Source of the DNA: Chlorokybus atmophyticus
Taxonomy: Eukaryota > Plantae > Mesostigma and Chlorokybus algae
Assembly (NCBI GenBank): GCA_009103225.1
Contig: RHPI01000260.1
Coordinates: forward strand, 382,203-446,202
Direction of reading: 5' to 3'
DNA length: 64,000 nucleotides
Positions 58,685 through 64,000 of the stretch are shown in pieces. The position numbers and the translations under genes were made by a program. Each line of letters starts with the position of its first letter. Position 1 is the stretch's first letter. Below the pieces are notes generated by a model. The model saw only the letters and a list, made by a program, of their open reading frames with translations. It ran no database searches and was not told the DNA's origin.

Positions 58685-61600
58685 ATGAGGCGTGGGGTAA
58701 AGACAGGTGTGAGCGGCGAGGACAACGAGGTTGAAGATGAGCTGCTGCTCATGCAGCAGCAATTCCTGCAGGGTCGCGAGGCGCCTGCAGCCAATGTCCG
58801 CCGTGTTGCTGGTATGCTGGTAGAGCGGCCTGGTAGGCTGCTCCAGCATGATGGTGGCCTTAACTGAGGATTTGCATGTGCAGGAAAGAGCAAGAATGCT
58901 TCTCCTCAGCTGGAAGAGGTTCCCGAGGTGAAGGAAGAGGAGGAACAGGCAATGGACGAGCCCCCTGGGCCTTCCATTCCTCCGCCTGCGGCGCATCCTG
59001 TGGTTGGCGGTATAGTAGAAAGAAATCCTGTGCATGATCCTGCCTACGACATGCCGCCGCCTGCTGCCCCCGTCGCCACCCCGTTCCCGCAAGCTCGCCA
59101 CAGACGCTTCGCACCGGTACAACTTGACTGGAAGGCATGCATGCACAGTTGCACACCTCCTGCAGTAGGTTTTGGCTTGAAACTATAAGTTTCAGCTTGC
59201 TTTTTCTTTTCTTGCAGCCTACAGGCCTCGTCTTCCATGCTTGTCATTTGGTACTTGCTTGCTGTTAGCGCATAGCGAGTGGGGAGAAGCCAGCTTGTTG
59301 TACACCGCTGTTGCAAAGCACATTGCAGGACGGCCATCATTGCTGTAACGCTTGAACTTAATATCGTCTCCAGTTCAGCAAGAGAGTGAGAGCGGCACCT
59401 GCAGCAAGTGCGAGTGCGGCTCAGCATGAACGCATGGGAGCGGTTAACATGGAGCAAGGCCCCTCTACCTCATATGCAGTGGTGGCCAGCGTTGCACCTG
59501 TGGAAACCTCCAACGGCTTGCAGCGGACACATTTTGACACCGAGCGCGATGCTATAGACCGAGAAAACCGACAGCGTCTTGCTGCAATGTCCGGAGCAGA
59601 GATCGCTGAAGCACAGGCGGAGTTGGCTGCCCGGTTCACGCCTGAAAAGGTAGCTGCACTGCGAAGGCGAAGAGAAAAGACACATGGAGCTGAAGCGGGT
59701 GCAACGGGTCACACTGATGTTGCAATGGCTGAGGCGAATGTAGAGCCCTCAACTGCAGCAGAGACACATGCAATGGTCTCAACTGAAAAGCGCGCAGCTT
59801 CTCCACCTGTTGGCTCTACGACTGTACACCAACCACTGGATAGCCACGCAGTGTCAAGTGCTGCGCCAGCTGGCGTGTCGGCACTGCGGTTTTCTCTGGA
59901 TGGAGCTCTCATACCACCGGCGACACTGCAAGCTTTGGACGCTGGTGTGCGAGATTCGGTGCTTGGTGTGAAGCATGTTGCTGAGCGCGACCCGTTGCGA
60001 GCAGGAACGGATTCGTCCATGACTGGCTATACTCTAGGTGAAGCAGTTGCACTCACCCGCAGCACTGTAAGTCGCATGGTGACAGTCAGTTAATGCTTGT
60101 CGCTGCTAAGAGGGTACGCTGCAACAGCTTACAGATTGTGTGTCTTGTATGTATTGCTTGCAGGTGGCTGGCCAGCGTGCAATGGCTCTCAAGCTGCTAG
60201 CAAAAGTGCTTCAGCGTGCGCGGGAGTCTTGTGACCAGCCAGCACATCAGCCCCAAGACTGGTGTGCCATCAATGAGTATCTGCATAGCGTTCGCCTCGG
60301 GTTGCCTACTGCTTTGCGGTATGTTGCTGTGCACGTCATTGCAAAATAGTACAACACGAAGTTGCTCAGGCAGCAGTCACATCGCACTGCATATCTCACG
60401 CCATGCATATGTGCAGTATGGCAATCGATGACTCGCATGCTTCCGTGGTCATTGCAGCTGCTTTTGCGATACGCGCTTTGCTATGTGCGCCTGACGAGGA
60501 GACCAAGCTGAATGTATATGAGGTATCGTTTGATTTATTGCTGTCGCTATACCTGTTGCAACTAGCTGTAGTGTATGGTTCCAAGAATTTGCAACTTGTG
60601 CCCAGGCTTTGTACGGTGGCGAGGTGACAATAGCTCTGGCGCCGGTTTATCGTCCTCAGTATGGCAATGCACCTTGGCAGCTACAGACAGCGCGCTTCAC
60701 AGAGGAGAGAGACAAGGAGCACAGTAGTGAAGAGCCCCCTGGCACGGGAGACAAGATCCGCGATGACGCTGTGGTTGCTGAGACAGATCCTGTAGCTGGC
60801 ATGCTGCGCATGAAGCTGCTGGAACGCATTGTGTACATACTGCAGGTGTGTTGCATCGCTTTTGTGCATGTCATGTGAGTAACAGGCTTCTCATATGCCT
60901 TACTTGCAGACCATGCGTGTGACTGGTGCTGTGGATTCGCTGCTCGACATCCTCATTGCTTGTGCACGTCACTCGCGAAGTAGCGCGGCTGCAATTGTGC
61001 AAACACCGTCTCTGGTGTCAACAGTCACTCGCAATTTCATTGATGCCGATCTGCAGCCCGTTGCTGGTGGGGGTTATGCTCATCTTGTGCCTAAAGCAGT
61101 CAAAGTTATAAAGGTTAGCATGTTTACGGCAAGAACGGCCAGGACATCATGTGCATCTTCATAATGGCGGATGTGCTCATGGAGATTTTGGTTGTGTTGC
61201 AGATTTTGTGCCAGGCTCTGGGACCCTCACCATTTGCTCAAAGTGGCGTGCTGGAGACTGTCAAACGTCACCTTTTCCTGCCTGGAAACTTTGATGAACC
61301 TGGTCAACCCTACCCTCGCAGTCCCCGCCGAAGAACCGCTGCAGCCATGCGATCGGAAACATTGAGACTGTGGCGCGTGTGCATTTATCAAGGCACGGGC
61401 ATCACTGCCTTTGATGATCTATTCCAGGCCATCTGCAACGCGCTACCCGCCACCAGGGATTGGAGCAAGTGGGAAGACTCTACTCTTTCCTACAACGTGC
61501 TTGAGGCCCTGGCAAATGCACCCGCCCATTCAACACAGGACACAGCAGCCTGGAACCGATTCGTCTCGTTGGTGGGAAGTGCTTGCGAGTGGCTAGGTCC

Positions 61601-63936
61601 AGGTATAGTGCAGAGTGTCAAGGTGTGTTGCGATGCAAGTGACGATGTCACGTATAAGCGCGCAACGATCGCGCAGTGCTTCGGCTCCGTTATGCACTTT
61701 TTGGCTTCTTTGTACAGCAACGGCGGCTCCCATATGGACACCTGGGCTGGTCCTTCACGCGCACAAGTGGCTGAGCTATTGATGACTGCGACGCAGGCTC
61801 CCTCTGACCAGTTCAACATGGTGGAAGTCTTAACGCAAGAGAGCGATAAGCCAGCCTCCTGCCATGCACTGACAGGTCTCATCAGACTGTTTGTCGCTGT
61901 CAATGTGCCAGCATCCGCCCTACGCCACGAAACATCATGGCACGCAGGCTTGGGTCGCTCCCTCTCTCTGTTGCAATCCGAGTCTGAGCCTCCCGGGCCT
62001 TCTTGGAAGGCTCTATACCACCGCCAACAGTGTTACCTGATGTCCAGTATCTGCGGCATTCATACACACGTGTGTGGTACGCCGTCCGACGGGGGGCTGT
62101 TTCCTACAAGCACTGCACAGGACTCCAGCCTGCAGGTGAAACGGTATATGTGGGATTGTGCTTGGGCCGCAGCGACGCTGGCAATACCAGGCCAAGAGCC
62201 GCTGGTTCAGACAGCAATGTTGTCATTGTTCGTCCCGTCGTCATTGGCGAAGCTGCTGCCGACTGCTCTTGGCGCTGCTGTGGCTGCCATAGCTGTTCCA
62301 TCATCAGCGCTAGCGGTCCTGTTGGTCGACGAGGCATCTGATACGCAAATGGTTCAGCTGCCTGATGCTGCCATAGCCAAAGTCAATGCTGAGCTCCTAA
62401 AGGTGAATTTCAATGAGGTTAGTGCGGCCTTGGTTCAGCACTACGCCGGCACGTGGCTGAGACCGCAAGCCAGTTCCACTTCGTTGATGGCAGAGTATGA
62501 CAAGTCGTTGCTGCCTCTGCCTCTGAGCTGGTTGCTAGCGTCCCCACGCAGCGCACCAGAGGCTGGTGCGACCGGATTGGATGTTGCTGAAAACAAACCC
62601 TCCCACTTGACCGCTTCGTCCATCATGCTGTACCAGCTTTGCTTGGAAGGGCTGGGGTCCCGCTCCAACCATGTCTTCCAGAACGTCCACCATCTTCACT
62701 TCCTGTCGGAGCTGCTGCTGGCTTTCAATGACTTGTTCCTGGAAGCAAGTATGACACTCAATTAAGGAACGTTACTTGTACGTTGTCAGCCATGTGGCGA
62801 CTACTTTCTGACATCTTACATCATTGTCACTCACTGTTATGAGTTTGTTTGACCAGACACGAGGTGGCTCCTCGCGGCACTGCACGATCTATACACGCTG
62901 CCGCTGTCGCTCACCCACCAGGGAGAGCAGCGTGATCTGAGTGCATTGGTTGGGTTCGATAGGGTGACGGGGCCTGTGGCGGACACCTTTGCTCGGGAGT
63001 TGGCTTCGCATTTTGCGTCCGTGTCTTACGGAGACTGGCTGTTTGGGCGCCAGCTGGCACTGTACCTGGCTGTGGACGCGCCGGTGTCGTGCCGTGTGGC
63101 TGTGTGGCGTGCCCTTGAAGACAGCCAATCGCTGCATCTGCTTCCCACAGCAAGCGACTGCACCGGCACTGCCTGCGTGTATTTGTTTCCGTTTGAGGTG
63201 AGGTCATGTTGGGTTGTTGCATCTCTACATGTCCACAGAGTGACTGCGGTCAATCTGTTTTGATGTGGGTCATCTGCAGGGCGACAAGGAAGTGCTGCAG
63301 GCGTACGCATCTGCACTGCGCACCGGTGCCTTGAGCAAAGCGATGGATGCAAAGTCTATCAGCTGGGTTCTGGCTTGCCACCACGTGGCTGGCTTTGTGT
63401 TTTCTACAGGGACTACTGATGCCGAGTCGCTTCAACGGCAGCAGCTTCTCCGAAGTCTTCTGCTAGAGGCACCACAGGTACAACAATAGTTGCTGTATTT
63501 TCCAGCTTGAATTGCTGCAGCGTGAGTGTAATTATGTGTACAGACAACATGCACACATGCAGGATGTGTTGGCAGCCTTCTTCTCATACCGCGTCTTTTC
63601 CCGGCTGCCAAGCAATTGCGGCACAAACTGTCCACGATACATGGCAGTTGCGCATGATCAGGCGTACAGCCAAGTGGACGACATTACATATCGGTTCCAC
63701 TTGGCACGAGAGGCGTGCGCGCACGACGAGCAGCTGCTGAGCGCATTGCAGGAACTTGTACATATGGTCTGAATTGCTTGACTCGTGTGGAGCAGCTTTG
63801 CGTCCGTGCTTGTCTTGTGCCACTGTTGCTGCAGGTGGAGTTCGCAATCTCTGTCTCAGACTCACTGCGATTGCAACAATGTGCTGAACTGGTTTCAATT
63901 CGTGGCATTACAAGCGGCATGGCAGACAGGAGTTGA
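58685..63936 (+). CDS. RPAP1: RNA polymerase II-associated protein 1 (RPAP1/Rba50/MINIYO), multi-exon
   Basis: RPAP1_N-like IDRENRQRLAAMSGAEIAEAQAELAARFTPEKVAALRRR. LRFSLDG. RPAP1_C-like VAERDPLR...GYTLGEAVALTRST|VAGQRAMALKLL. Also FPQARHR and LR|MAIDD. Long ARM-like body; putative stop TGA at 63934-63936. Confidence 0.9.
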
Positions 63937-64000
63937 CCGGTCAGCACGCTTGCATGCTCTTACATGATCAGCACGCGTCGGTGGCCACGTGGCGTGCTGA

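Noticed and set aside
1-64000. tRNA, rRNA or other structured ncRNA genes
   Set aside because: None recognized by eye; a covariance-model scan would be needed to exclude them.

Overview
Eukaryotic scaffold with GT-AG introns, about 50% GC and four N-gaps. It is most likely a green alga, possibly an early-diverging streptophyte; this is inference from the gene set, a TTAGGG-type repeat and a DNMT-bearing Gypsy. Roughly 1-48 kb is a nested transposon cluster: (i) an intact-ORF Ty3/Gypsy whose polyprotein carries a C5-cytosine methyltransferase between protease and RT and a C-terminal PHD finger, inserted into (ii) an intron-containing Crypton-type tyrosine recombinase gene preceded by an array of palindromes with flipping cores; (iii) two full-length decayed chromoviruses (10875-18103, TSD TAGGT; 37359-47675, TSD TATGG), both with Gag-TAG-GAAYT-[Dam-like amino-methyltransferase]-PR-RT-RH-INT-chromodomain; (iv) a hAT element nested in the second chromovirus; (v) a decayed CACTA transposase. 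A multi-exon VWA-domain host gene sits as an island at about 30.7-37.1 kb. From 51 to 64 kb the window is gene-dense: a TSP1/EGF type-I membrane protein, a DnaJ + trans-2-enoyl-CoA-reductase-like fusion, and RPAP1/MINIYO. The main signal is that all three LTR retrotransposons carry a methyltransferase or methyltransferase-like module plus a chromatin-reader domain. All calls come from motif reading by eye; no database searches were run.
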